DNA of 35,026 bases, from contig JBGTIE010000737.1 in the NCBI GenBank assembly GCA_041745855.1, positions 1 through 35,026 of the forward strand, given 5' to 3'. The position numbers were made by a program, and so were the translations under genes. Numbering within the stretch: the stretch's first letter is position 1; every line of letters starts with the position of its first letter. This document shows positions 15,326 through 23,782 of the stretch, piece after piece. Under the pieces are notes generated by a model. The model did not search any database, was not told the DNA's origin, and worked only from the letters and a program-made list of their open reading frames with translations. The stretch is from Lysobacterales bacterium (GTDB lineage: Bacteria; Pseudomonadota; Gammaproteobacteria; Xanthomonadales; SZUA-5).

Positions 15326-18300
15326 GACTGGCTCCCGGACCAGGCCGTGCCCTGCAGCAGTTCCATGTGGAGCGCCGCCAACTCGGTGAACCGCCGGTGT
15401 GCTGGCGTCCCCGCTTGCAGGAAGCTGTCATTGGCGGCCAGGACACGGTTGTAGCCCGGACTGTAATCGCGCTCGCCGGTGCCGAAGTCGGGCGCCCAGA
15501 CCTTGCGGGCCTTGCCCAGCGGATCATTCTTTCCCTCCGCCAATTCCAGGGCATAGGCGAAGCTGGTCGCCGGAAAATAGCTGCCGGCGGTCGTTTCCGC
15601 GGTCAGATACTGCTCCAGCAGCGTGCTCAGACTGGCGCGCAGCAACGCCGGATCGTCCGGGAACTGGTCCAGATCGTGCCGCACGCAGCGCAGTTCCTTC
15701 TTTATCGTTTTCAGATACATCAATGCCACTCGGCAGCGGCAATCGGGTCGGCTGATCCGCAAGGCCGCCCACTGCAGAAACAGTGGCAGCAGCTTCGAGT
15801 AATTCACGCTCTTCGAATTGACAACCTTCACCAGCCACAGCTCGTCGCCACTGCGATACACCTCGGTCAGTTCGCCAATGACCCGCAAACCTGCGATGTC
15901 CAGATCAATCGCTACCGGCGCAGCCTCGGCCGCACCCTGCGCAAAGGGCGGCAGGCTGCGGACGCCATCCAGCAGTACTTGGGCCTCTTCGCGCAAGGCC
16001 TCATAGGCCCTTTCGCCCAGCGCGCCTGCCGGCAACTGGCCGGAATAAAGCAGCTGCGCCGGCGGCTGCGCCGGGATCTCCCGCCGGCCCGCGGCAATCG
16101 TCTGCCCCAACAGCAACAATGGCGTTTGGTCGAGCGTTTCCCTGCTGCTGGTCAGTGGCTCCACATCGGTATCGCCATCCTCACTGAGCGTTTCCCGCGA
16201 CAGCGCCAGGGCATGCAGACAGAGCCACTGCGCCGGCTTGGCATAGAAGTCGCAGACGGACCGCAACTCGACCGCCGCGGCGGCGCTGGCGTGCGGAAGC
16301 CGGGGTGCGTCTTGCAGGAACACCCAGTCCTGGTCGGCCGATTGGCGGCACGCGGCGGCGAATTCCATGGAGTAGGAAAACCAGCGCGGATAAGTGTCGG
16401 CCGTAGCCCCGGCCGGCAGGAAATAGCGCGCGTCGAAAGGCTGCAGTGCATGTCGGAGCAGCCAGGGCCGGTCGATCTGCGGATCGGATTCGTCGATCTC
16501 ATGCACCTGATCCAGAAAGCGCATCAACTCGGCCAGCGGCAGCGCCGGGTTGCGCGGCTTGCCGTCCTGCACGCCCTCGCCGACCCAACTCAAGTGGATC
16601 GCATCGCGGGCGCTCATCAGCGCTTCAAGGAAGAGATAGCGATCCTCCATCCGGTTGACCCGATCTCCCAGCCGCGGATGTTGCTGCATCAGGTCCAGTT
16701 GGTTGTCGCTACGGACGCGCGGATACTCACCGTCATTCAATCCCAGCAGCGCAATCACCCGAAACGGAATCGCGCGTTGCGGCACCATTCCGCAGAAAGT
16801 GATGCCCCCGGCCAGGAAAGGTTGCCGTTCGGGCACCCCGTCCAGCGCCTGGCCCAAGGCCTCGTGAACCACGGCCCATTTCACCACCGGATCCACCCCG
16901 GCGTTGTCGGCTTCCCGTCCCAGCCCCGTCACGACCCGTTCCAAGGCGGTCAGCGCCGCCTGTTCGTCGGCGTCTTGCCAATCAGCCAGGAACAGCCCTT
17001 CTATCCAGATCCGCAGGCACTTGCTCCACTCGCTCAGCGGGCGCGGCGTTCCGGTCTGCTCGCGCCAGTCACGCAGCAGATCCAGCAGCGCCCACAATGC
17101 CGCTAATCCCTGTGCGTCGGGGCCGTTGACCGGGTCGGCCGGCAGCATGCCATCGAGCAGCCATTCGCCGCCTTCCCGCCCAAGCACGAAGCCCGCGGCC
17201 ATCCGGTCGAATCCGAAGTCAAAACTGTTGGCGCCGACTTCGGCCGCGCCAAAGTCGGCCTTCATCGGGCCATCCAGCCCCCAGGCGACATGGCTGCGCT
17301 GCAACCAGCGCTCCACCGCCGCCAGTTGCGAGCTGTCCAGCTTCAGCCGTCGCATGACCGCCGGCAGACTCAGCAAAGCAAGCACCTGCGAGCGCGTGAT
17401 GCGTTGAGTTGGCAACTCCAGCAACTGCGCAAAGGCAGTCAGCAAGGGATGGCTGCGGCTGAGCGCCACATCGGCCAGATGAAAGGGCAAGACTTCACCG
17501 GAGCGCCCGGGCTGACCGAACACCGCCGGAATCAGCGGCGCGTACACGGCCATGTTGGGCGCCATCACAACGATCTGCCGCGGCTGCAGATCCGGTTGCC
17601 GCGTCAACTGGTCCAGCAGCGCATCTTTCAGCACTTCCAACTCGCGCAAGCGCGTGTGGCAAAGGTGGATTCTCAGCGTAGCGTCGGCGCGCGCTGCATC
17701 CGGCGGCGCGGTTGACCAACTCGGTTGCAGGGTGCGGATGCTGTCCTGAAGCTGCTGCAGCAATCGCGAAGGCGCCTGCTCCGCCTGCAGTTCGGCATCC
17801 ACGCAGTCGCGATCGTCACTTGCCGAATCCAGTGCATTGAGCAGCAGCGAATAATGCTGACCCAGCCGTCCCAACGAGGCCAACAACGGATGTTTCAACG
17901 CCAGAAAGGCGCCGCCGTCCAGTGATGTGGCGAACTGGTCGCGGCGCACCCGCAGGTCTTCCCAAAGTTCCCGGCAGGGGTCAGGGAAGTACACATGGAC
18001 ATCGCGGCTGACCGAAAGCTGCTGCAGCGCCGTCAACACATCCGGCGGCAGATGGCTCAGGCCAAACACATGCAGCGCCGGCTGGTCCGGGTCGGCAGGC
18101 ATCGTGGAGAGCCGTTCGAGCAGTCGGCGCATGCGCTGACCACGATGGCCCTGGCCTATGCCCTGCAGTATTCGTCGCCACAGCTGACCCTGCCAATGGC
18201 CGAGGACCGGCATCGCCGGATCCGCGGCCGCCTCTCCAAGCCCCCAAAGGCTCAACCAGTCGCGCCGATAAACCAGGTACTGACCGTACAGACCGGCCAG

Positions 18301-18696
18301 TCGATCGGCCAACTGGAAGCGTCGCCGACCTGAGTCCGCCCCGCCCAGATAGGCCGCCACCTCGCCGTCATCCAGTTCGGCCAGCAATTCGTAAATCCGC
18401 CAGCGCAGCGCCGGTCGACGGTAGGGAAGGATCGCGATTGCCGCACTCCCCAGCACTGACCGCGCCAGCATGTCCAGCCACTCGCTCGGAAGCAGCATGT
18501 CCAGATTCGCCGCCACCCGCGGCAGCGACGCCAGCCGCCGCTCAGCCAGCCACAGCGTCAGCCAGCGCTTCATCCCCAGATGTCCCACCAACACCGTCTG
18601 CCCGGCCAGCGCCGATCGAGGCCGCTGCCTGTGCAAACGCGCCGCCAGCATGTCAGCCAGCGATTCGATTCTGCTGCTGCGGTAGATATGGAGCAT
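15322..18696 (-). CDS. recC: Exodeoxyribonuclease V gamma subunit RecC
   Basis: 1124 aa with the typical N-terminus MLHIYRSSRIESLADML. First gene of the coupled recC-recB-recD operon. Confidence 0.93.
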   Translation of the reverse strand: MLHIYRSSRIESLADMLAARLHRQRPRSALAGQTVLVGHLGMKRWLTLWLAERRLASLPRVAANLDMLLPSEWLDMLARSVLGSAAIAILPYRRPALRWRIYELLAELDDGEVAAYLGGADSGRRRFQLADRLAGLYGQYLVYRRDWLSLWGLGEAAADPAMPVLGHWQGQLWRRILQGIGQGHRGQRMRRLLERLSTMPADPDQPALHVFGLSHLPPDVLTALQQLSVSRDVHVYFPDPCRELWEDLRVRRDQFATSLDGGAFLALKHPLLASLGRLGQHYSLLLNALDSASDDRDCVDAELQAEQAPSRLLQQLQDSIRTLQPSWSTAPPDAARADATLRIHLCHTRLRELEVLKDALLDQLTRQPDLQPRQIVVMAPNMAVYAPLIPAVFGQPGRSGEVLPFHLADVALSRSHPLLTAFAQLLELPTQRITRSQVLALLSLPAVMRRLKLDSSQLAAVERWLQRSHVAWGLDGPMKADFGAAEVGANSFDFGFDRMAAGFVLGREGGEWLLDGMLPADPVNGPDAQGLAALWALLDLLRDWREQTGTPRPLSEWSKCLRIWIEGLFLADWQDADEQAALTALERVVTGLGREADNAGVDPVVKWAVVHEALGQALDGVPERQPFLAGGITFCGMVPQRAIPFRVIALLGLNDGEYPRVRSDNQLDLMQQHPRLGDRVNRMEDRYLFLEALMSARDAIHLSWVGEGVQDGKPRNPALPLAELMRFLDQVHEIDESDPQIDRPWLLRHALQPFDARYFLPAGATADTYPRWFSYSMEFAAACRQSADQDWVFLQDAPRLPHASAAAAVELRSVCDFYAKPAQWLCLHALALSRETLSEDGDTDVEPLTSSRETLDQTPLLLLGQTIAAGRREIPAQPPAQLLYSGQLPAGALGERAYEALREEAQVLLDGVRSLPPFAQGAAEAAPVAIDLDIAGLRVIGELTEVYRSGDELWLVKVVNSKSVNYSKLLPLFLQWAALRISRPDCRCRVALMYLKTIKKELRCVRHDLDQFPDDPALLRASLSTLLEQYLTAETTAGSYFPATSFAYALELAEGKNDPLGKARKVWAPDFGTGERDYSPGYNRVLAANDSFLQAGTPAHRRFTELAALHMELLQGTAWSGSQS

Positions 18697-18880
18697 CCGT
18701 CAGTCCCCCTGCTGGACCGGCCACTGGTACGGACTGTAACAGTCGGCTTCGAGCCCTCCGATAGTCCGCTCAGAGACGACAGATTCTGTCGTAGCAATGG
18801 CGATACTCGGCGGGTCCAGCAGCATCGAGAGATCGCATGACCAGTTTTCAGTCGACCAATCGCCCCTTGTCTGCTATAGC
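18654..18880. repeat. Direct repeat DR-L: recC codons 1-14 plus about 185 nt of recC leader/upstream region
   Basis: 18654-18746 matches 23495-23587 at 89/93 by hand alignment. The rest aligns more loosely (about 70 %) with 23588-23720. Confidence 0.85.
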
Positions 18881-18947
18881 CCAGTCAGGAACTATTGCAG
18901 CAGCGCCGCAAGGCGCATCCGATCAGCGCATGCACAGGGGAGCATGA

Positions 18948-19790
18948 ATGACTGAAGCACTGCAGCGTCTGTGTCGGGACAATCATCTTGCGAAGGCCTT
19001 TCTGAGCCTGGCTAATGGTAGCGACGGCACCAGTCGCGCCAGCACATTCAACGATTTTCACCGCACGCTGAGCAGTGATGGCTACATGCTCGGTCACGAT
19101 GAATCCCTGGACTTGATGCGCGAGTTGGAATCGGCAGGCGCAGGCGTGCTCCACGATGCCGATCAGCCGCATTCGGCACGGATCGAGTGGAAGCCGGATC
19201 TGGCCACGGTCGCAGCGTTGGCCCTGGGAGTGCCGGCACGACAAGCACAAGTCACCTCGCATCCGAATGGGTACGATGCATCGCCGGCTCTTGCACCCCA
19301 GCCCACATCGCTGAACCCGGCGGGGCGGGAGTCAGGCAAGTTCAATCTGCCCTCAGGCGCGTCGATAGAGATCAGGCTTGCGGGAACCGTGCGCGCAGAC
19401 GATCGCGAAGCCTTCCTGGACGGTGTGTTGGGTTGGCTCGCTCAGCGCCTGCTCAGTTCCCCTGCCGAGGCCGAAGTCACGCTGGTCGACGAGCCGGATG
19501 ATGAAGACGTCGAATCACAGGCTGAAATCGATGACTCGGCTGCAAGGGTGGCAGATCAGCCATTCGAAGCGCTCACCGAGCCGCTAGAGCAGGAAGTCGA
19601 CAGCCTGGGCGAACTGGCGCATCTAGTCATCGCCCGCGCGCGGAAGCGGGGCCCACATTCTGCTTCTTTGCTCACCCCGTCGAATTCTCTCCGGGCAAGC
19701 AAAATGCTACTAAGCGAATTATTTCAACCAGTTACATGCGTTTCACGTGAGGCCAGCCAATTGGGAGGTTTCAATGGAAAGTCTCTTTAG
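18948..19790 (+). CDS. Hypothetical acidic protein (280 aa)
   Basis: Long ORF with a plausible codon pattern and a D/E-rich segment (VDEPDDEDVESQAEIDDS). It overlaps the helicase start by 17 nt. No motif recognised. Confidence 0.5.
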   Translation: MTEALQRLCRDNHLAKAFLSLANGSDGTSRASTFNDFHRTLSSDGYMLGHDESLDLMRELESAGAGVLHDADQPHSARIEWKPDLATVAALALGVPARQAQVTSHPNGYDASPALAPQPTSLNPAGRESGKFNLPSGASIEIRLAGTVRADDREAFLDGVLGWLAQRLLSSPAEAEVTLVDEPDDEDVESQAEIDDSAARVADQPFEALTEPLEQEVDSLGELAHLVIARARKRGPHSASLLTPSNSLRASKMLLSELFQPVTCVSREASQLGGFNGKSL

Positions 19791-22413
19791 CTATTTTCAG
19801 GAGAATGGCTGGTCCATTGTTCATCGGGAAGAGCGCGCAGGGAGAATTGGAGAAACCTTTCCTAGCGACGATCTTGGACTGAGCGACGGCGCACGAAAGC
19901 TCATTTACGCAAACGGCATCTACGGGCACCAACGGGAAGCAATTCGAGCTTTCTCGAGCGGGGAAAACGTTGCTATAACGACAGCGACAGCGTCGGGAAA
20001 GACGTTGGTTTTTAACGTGTGTGCAGCCGAACTGCTCCTGACTGGCAATCATACGATACTCGCACTTTATCCCCTGAAGGCACTTGGGAAGGAGCAAGCT
20101 CAACGCTGGAAGGCAATGCTCAAGAAGATAGGCCTTGAGAAATCTGTCGGCTACATTGACGGCAGTGTTGGCCAGCCCGAGCGACTTCGTATCTTAAAAG
20201 AATGCCGGGTATTGGTAGGCACGCCTGACATCTTGCATGCCTGGATACTCAGGCAGGGCGGGCAGGCGGATGTCGTTAGCTTCATCAGGAGGCTTAAGCT
20301 CCTGGTGATCGACGAAGCGCATTCATACACAAGCGTCTTTGGCAGTAATGCTGCCTATGTGTTCAGGCGTTTGGAGCATGCATGCCAGAATCTCGGTGGG
20401 AGTCTTCGTTATATCGCGGCTTCGGCGACGATGGACGCACCGCTCGCGCACTTGGAGAAGCTGACCGGGCGAACTTTCCGCGAAGTAGATGAGTCAACCA
20501 ATACGGCGCCGTTAGAACCCGTCAAGTTCATATGCGTCCGTCCCGGTGGAGGTGACGGTTTAACCGCGTTGGGAAATCTGCTTTCCTGTGCGTCGGAAAT
20601 TGAAGGTGCAAAAACGATTGCATTCGTTGATAGCCGCCAGTTAGCTGAACACGCAGCGGTCATAGCCGGACGCCGGAGCGACGCGCCGCCAGACGAGTTT
20701 GAACGCGACCTTGACGAAGCGCTTGATGAATTGAAGCTGCCCAAAGGCAAAGTGTTGCCGTATCGATCTGGTTACGCGGCGCAGGATCGAGAGGCCATTC
20801 AACGAGCGCTAACAAACGGGAAACTTCGAGCTGTCGTCAGTACAAGCGCGCTTGAACTAGGTATTGATATTCCTGGGTTGAATCTTTGCATACTCTACGG
20901 AATACCACCATCAGGAAGCAGCTTTCGACAGCGCTATGGGCGCGTGGGAAGAGACGCACCCGGTACCGTAGTCATTATTGACGATGGATCTCCTCGAGCA
21001 GTCGCGATATTTAAGGACCCAAGCATGATTTGGGCGCTGCCTCTTACCAAGAGCTCGCTCTATCTTCATAATCGACAGGCGCAGTATATCCACGCGATGT
21101 GTTTGGCCTCGCAAAATGGGGAAGACCAGGCCTTTGCCAAGGCGGGGTCTTCGTCGGCACGGCAATTTTCGCGCACGGGGCTTTTCCCTGACGATTTCAT
21201 TGCATTGTGTCAAGCTGAGCATCAGGGCTCAATACCTCAGGAGTTACAATATCTCCGAGATCTGAGTGGAGATAGTCCCAATCTCTCATTCCCGCTGCGA
21301 GACATTGGGCTTCAATTTAGGATTTTGAATCCGCAGCGGTTCGGGAGAGAGACGCTTGGCGATCTTTCGCACGCCCAGTTGATGCGTGAGGCCTACCCGG
21401 GCGCTATTTATTATCATATCGGAACCGCTTATCGTGTATTCCGAGTGTCACTGCGCGAGAGGGAGGTTCTCGTTCGCCGTGAAAAGCATTACTTCACTTC
21501 CGCAAAGAGGCTACCCAGCAAAATCTTCCCGGAATTCCGCAGCGACAAAGTCTTCTGTGATTTGACCCAAGGGACGATGAGGGTAGTTGAATGCGGATTG
21601 AATATTCGTGAGACTCTTGTTGGTTTTCGGGAGTTCCGCGGCGGGAACAGGTTCGATGTTGATTACCCGCTGGAACCCGCGCTCAGACTGTACTTTGATC
21701 AGAAGTACTTCTCTCGGAACTGGTCGACCTCCGGCGTCATTCTGACCCACCCGCAGCTCGCGATTGACGAAGTCGATCTCACCGTCGTCGCGAGCTTTGT
21801 GTTAGATGCGTTCTTGATGGAAATTCCGTTCGACCGTCAAGATGTTGGTGCAGGGGTAGACAAGATCCAGGTCGGCGAGCGTGGGCATCGTGAGGGCCAG
21901 TACTTTATATGCCTATACGATAAGCAGGCTACGCTGAGACTTTCCGGCGCAATTACGGAGAAAGGTGCCCTTAAGAAAGTTCTCGAGCGCGCACATGATT
22001 TGGCGAGTGGTATTGCCGGCATCGACGGAGGCCCGTCGGCAGCTGTCCTGAACGTACTGGAAGCGCTTGCGATGGAGTCGGCTGAGTTGCCTGTGACGAA
22101 TTCGGAGGCGGCGCTCTTGCCAACTTCAGATCGTTACGTTCCGGTTATTCGACCAGGCTCCATTGGGATCGATCCTACGCGCCAAGGCGAGGAGTTCCAC
22201 GTCACGAATGTCCTTTGGCACCCGATGTTTGGCCTCGCTTATCATGGCACTTATGTATCGGAGGAGCGTCGTGCAGTGGGTATAAATGGCAACGGACCTG
22301 CTCAAACCTTCGTGGCAGCTGAAAAGCTGCAGGGTATTCCTGGCTTGTCGTCAATGTCTTGGTATGACAAAGTAAAGGCGGCCGTGGTTAATGAAATCGA
22401 GGGTGAGTTTTAG
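19774..22413 (+). CDS. SF2 DEAH-box helicase, MrfA/YprA-like, with DUF1998-like C-terminal region lacking cysteines (879 aa)
   Basis: GGGAGG lies 5 nt upstream of ATG 19774. Motif I ATASGKT (19984-20004), motif II DEAH (20311-20322), motif VI QRYGRVGR. Post-helicase blocks AYPGAIYYHIGTAYRV...HYFTS and DRQDVGAG...QYFICLYDK follow. Confidence 0.85.
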   Translation: MESLFSYFQENGWSIVHREERAGRIGETFPSDDLGLSDGARKLIYANGIYGHQREAIRAFSSGENVAITTATASGKTLVFNVCAAELLLTGNHTILALYPLKALGKEQAQRWKAMLKKIGLEKSVGYIDGSVGQPERLRILKECRVLVGTPDILHAWILRQGGQADVVSFIRRLKLLVIDEAHSYTSVFGSNAAYVFRRLEHACQNLGGSLRYIAASATMDAPLAHLEKLTGRTFREVDESTNTAPLEPVKFICVRPGGGDGLTALGNLLSCASEIEGAKTIAFVDSRQLAEHAAVIAGRRSDAPPDEFERDLDEALDELKLPKGKVLPYRSGYAAQDREAIQRALTNGKLRAVVSTSALELGIDIPGLNLCILYGIPPSGSSFRQRYGRVGRDAPGTVVIIDDGSPRAVAIFKDPSMIWALPLTKSSLYLHNRQAQYIHAMCLASQNGEDQAFAKAGSSSARQFSRTGLFPDDFIALCQAEHQGSIPQELQYLRDLSGDSPNLSFPLRDIGLQFRILNPQRFGRETLGDLSHAQLMREAYPGAIYYHIGTAYRVFRVSLREREVLVRREKHYFTSAKRLPSKIFPEFRSDKVFCDLTQGTMRVVECGLNIRETLVGFREFRGGNRFDVDYPLEPALRLYFDQKYFSRNWSTSGVILTHPQLAIDEVDLTVVASFVLDAFLMEIPFDRQDVGAGVDKIQVGERGHREGQYFICLYDKQATLRLSGAITEKGALKKVLERAHDLASGIAGIDGGPSAAVLNVLEALAMESAELPVTNSEAALLPTSDRYVPVIRPGSIGIDPTRQGEEFHVTNVLWHPMFGLAYHGTYVSEERRAVGINGNGPAQTFVAAEKLQGIPGLSSMSWYDKVKAAVVNEIEGEF

Positions 22414-22415
22414 CC

Positions 22416-23432
22416 ATGACAGAAAAGCAGGTTGTTGTCCGCAGGCTGGACTTGCCGGGAGCTATAGCTTGCCTGAAGGAAGCGCAAATAGTCGCGGAGC
22501 ATGCCAGTGTGATCGTTGTTGATTTTGGGGGATGCGAGTGGGCGGAGCCACTGGGCATGCTGGTTTTCGGCGCGTCGCTACGAGACCTTCGTGCAGAAAC
22601 TAAGAAAATAAGACCCGAAGTTAAGTTTCGTGCAATCGGATATGAGGGGCGCGGCTATCTCGCACACATGGGTTTGTTCAAGCTCTTCGGGCTCAATTAC
22701 GGCAAAGCACCCGATGAAGCGGAGGGCGGTTCGCGCTATGAACCAATCCGGTTCATTGATCTTGCCGAGCTTGAGCGAAATGCGGCCGAGCAATATCAGG
22801 ATACGCACGAATATATTGAGAAAACCTGTCAAGGGATGGCCAGCTTGCTTGTTCAAGGTGGCTCTGAGATTCTGTCTGAAACTCTGGGGTACTGCTTGCG
22901 AGAGATTGTCAGGAATGTCTTGGAGCATGCCCAGGTAAGTGGCTTGTGGTATTGCGGGCAATATTGGCCTCAGAAAGACAAGGTAGAGCTGGGTCTTTTC
23001 GATCTTGGGATGGGTGTTCGACGTGCATTGTCGCGCAACCCGCACATTGCGGTCGAATCCGACCAAGACGCGATTCGATTGGCAATCAAGCCAGGAATTT
23101 CCGGAGTGGTTTTTCAGGGTGCGCGGCAAATGCGCAATGATGGATGGCAGAATTCTGGCTTTGGCTTATATATGACGAGTCAGATCGCGGCGCAGTATGG
23201 GCAGTTTCGTTTGGGGAGCGGCGATTCGCTGATGACGTTTGACGCCAAAGGGCAGGAATTTCAGGAATTCAGGTTGAAAGGAACGGCGGTGTCGATAAGC
23301 CTCCGTCCAAGCAAGGTCACCAAGCTGGCCGAGCGGCTTTCGGAGCTTCGGAAGGCTGCGAAGTCGGGTAGTTCGGGTGATGACGGGACGACCGTTCGCT
23401 CGGCGTCGGCCTATGGTCGGGGAAAGACGTAA
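22416..23432 (+). CDS. GHKL-type (histidine-kinase-like) ATPase with STAS-like N-terminal region (338 aa)
   Basis: N-box EIVRNVLEH, G1 box DLGMG and G2 box NSGFGLY. N-terminal segment VIVVDFGGCEWAEPLGMLVFGASL. The start is 2 nt after the helicase stop. Confidence 0.75.
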   Translation: MTEKQVVVRRLDLPGAIACLKEAQIVAEHASVIVVDFGGCEWAEPLGMLVFGASLRDLRAETKKIRPEVKFRAIGYEGRGYLAHMGLFKLFGLNYGKAPDEAEGGSRYEPIRFIDLAELERNAAEQYQDTHEYIEKTCQGMASLLVQGGSEILSETLGYCLREIVRNVLEHAQVSGLWYCGQYWPQKDKVELGLFDLGMGVRRALSRNPHIAVESDQDAIRLAIKPGISGVVFQGARQMRNDGWQNSGFGLYMTSQIAAQYGQFRLGSGDSLMTFDAKGQEFQEFRLKGTAVSISLRPSKVTKLAERLSELRKAAKSGSSGDDGTTVRSASAYGRGKT

Positions 23433-23494
23433 ATGCCCTGTGCCTGCATGAGGGCGGTGATCGGCTTCGCCTCGGTTCCAGCGCGTGGTAAGGC

Positions 23495-23720
23495 CAGCCA
23501 GCGATTCGATTCTGCTGCTGCGGTAGATATGGAGCATCGGTGAGTCCCCCTGCTGGAACTGCCACTGGTACGGACTGTAACAGTCGGGGTCGAGACGGCC
23601 GATTGTCGGGGGCGAGGCGACAGATTTGGTCGCCGCAGTATCGATACTTCGGCCAGTTGTAGATTTCACAGCGCGCGGGGGAGATTTTGGTCGACCGATT
23701 GGCCGTGGTCTGATATAGAG
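23495..23720. repeat. Direct repeat DR-R: orphan copy of recC codons 1-14 (23496-23537, minus strand) plus leader/upstream region
   Basis: The minus strand encodes MLHIYRSSRIESLA, then diverges from recC. See DR-L. Confidence 0.85.
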
Positions 23721-23782
23721 AAGACTGCGCTTTGATGTCCTAGGCTGCCACCGCGCCAAAGACCAACAATGTAGGGATTCCC

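Noticed and set aside
12398-17106. Long plus-strand ORFs (12398-14125, 15367-17106 and smaller ones) inside recB and recC
   Set aside because: These are antisense shadows in GC-rich genes. recB and recC are identified by clear motifs and operon coupling.
18733-18743. Perfect palindrome ACTGTAACAGT in the recC leader (also at 23574-23584) as a possible LexA/SOS box
   Set aside because: The CTGT/ACAG half-sites are separated by 1 nt rather than the 8 nt of the CTGT-N8-ACAG box. It is too short to distinguish from chance, although it is conserved in both leader copies.
22578-23129. 183-aa minus-strand ORF inside the GHKL ATPase gene
   Set aside because: No motifs. It overlaps a plus-strand frame carrying N, G1 and G2 boxes that is coupled to the helicase gene.
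23433-23546. 37-codon ORF starting directly after the GHKL stop (TAAATG)
   Set aside because: It runs antisense through the duplicated recC leader fragment. It is short, has no RBS or motif, and is probably fortuitous.
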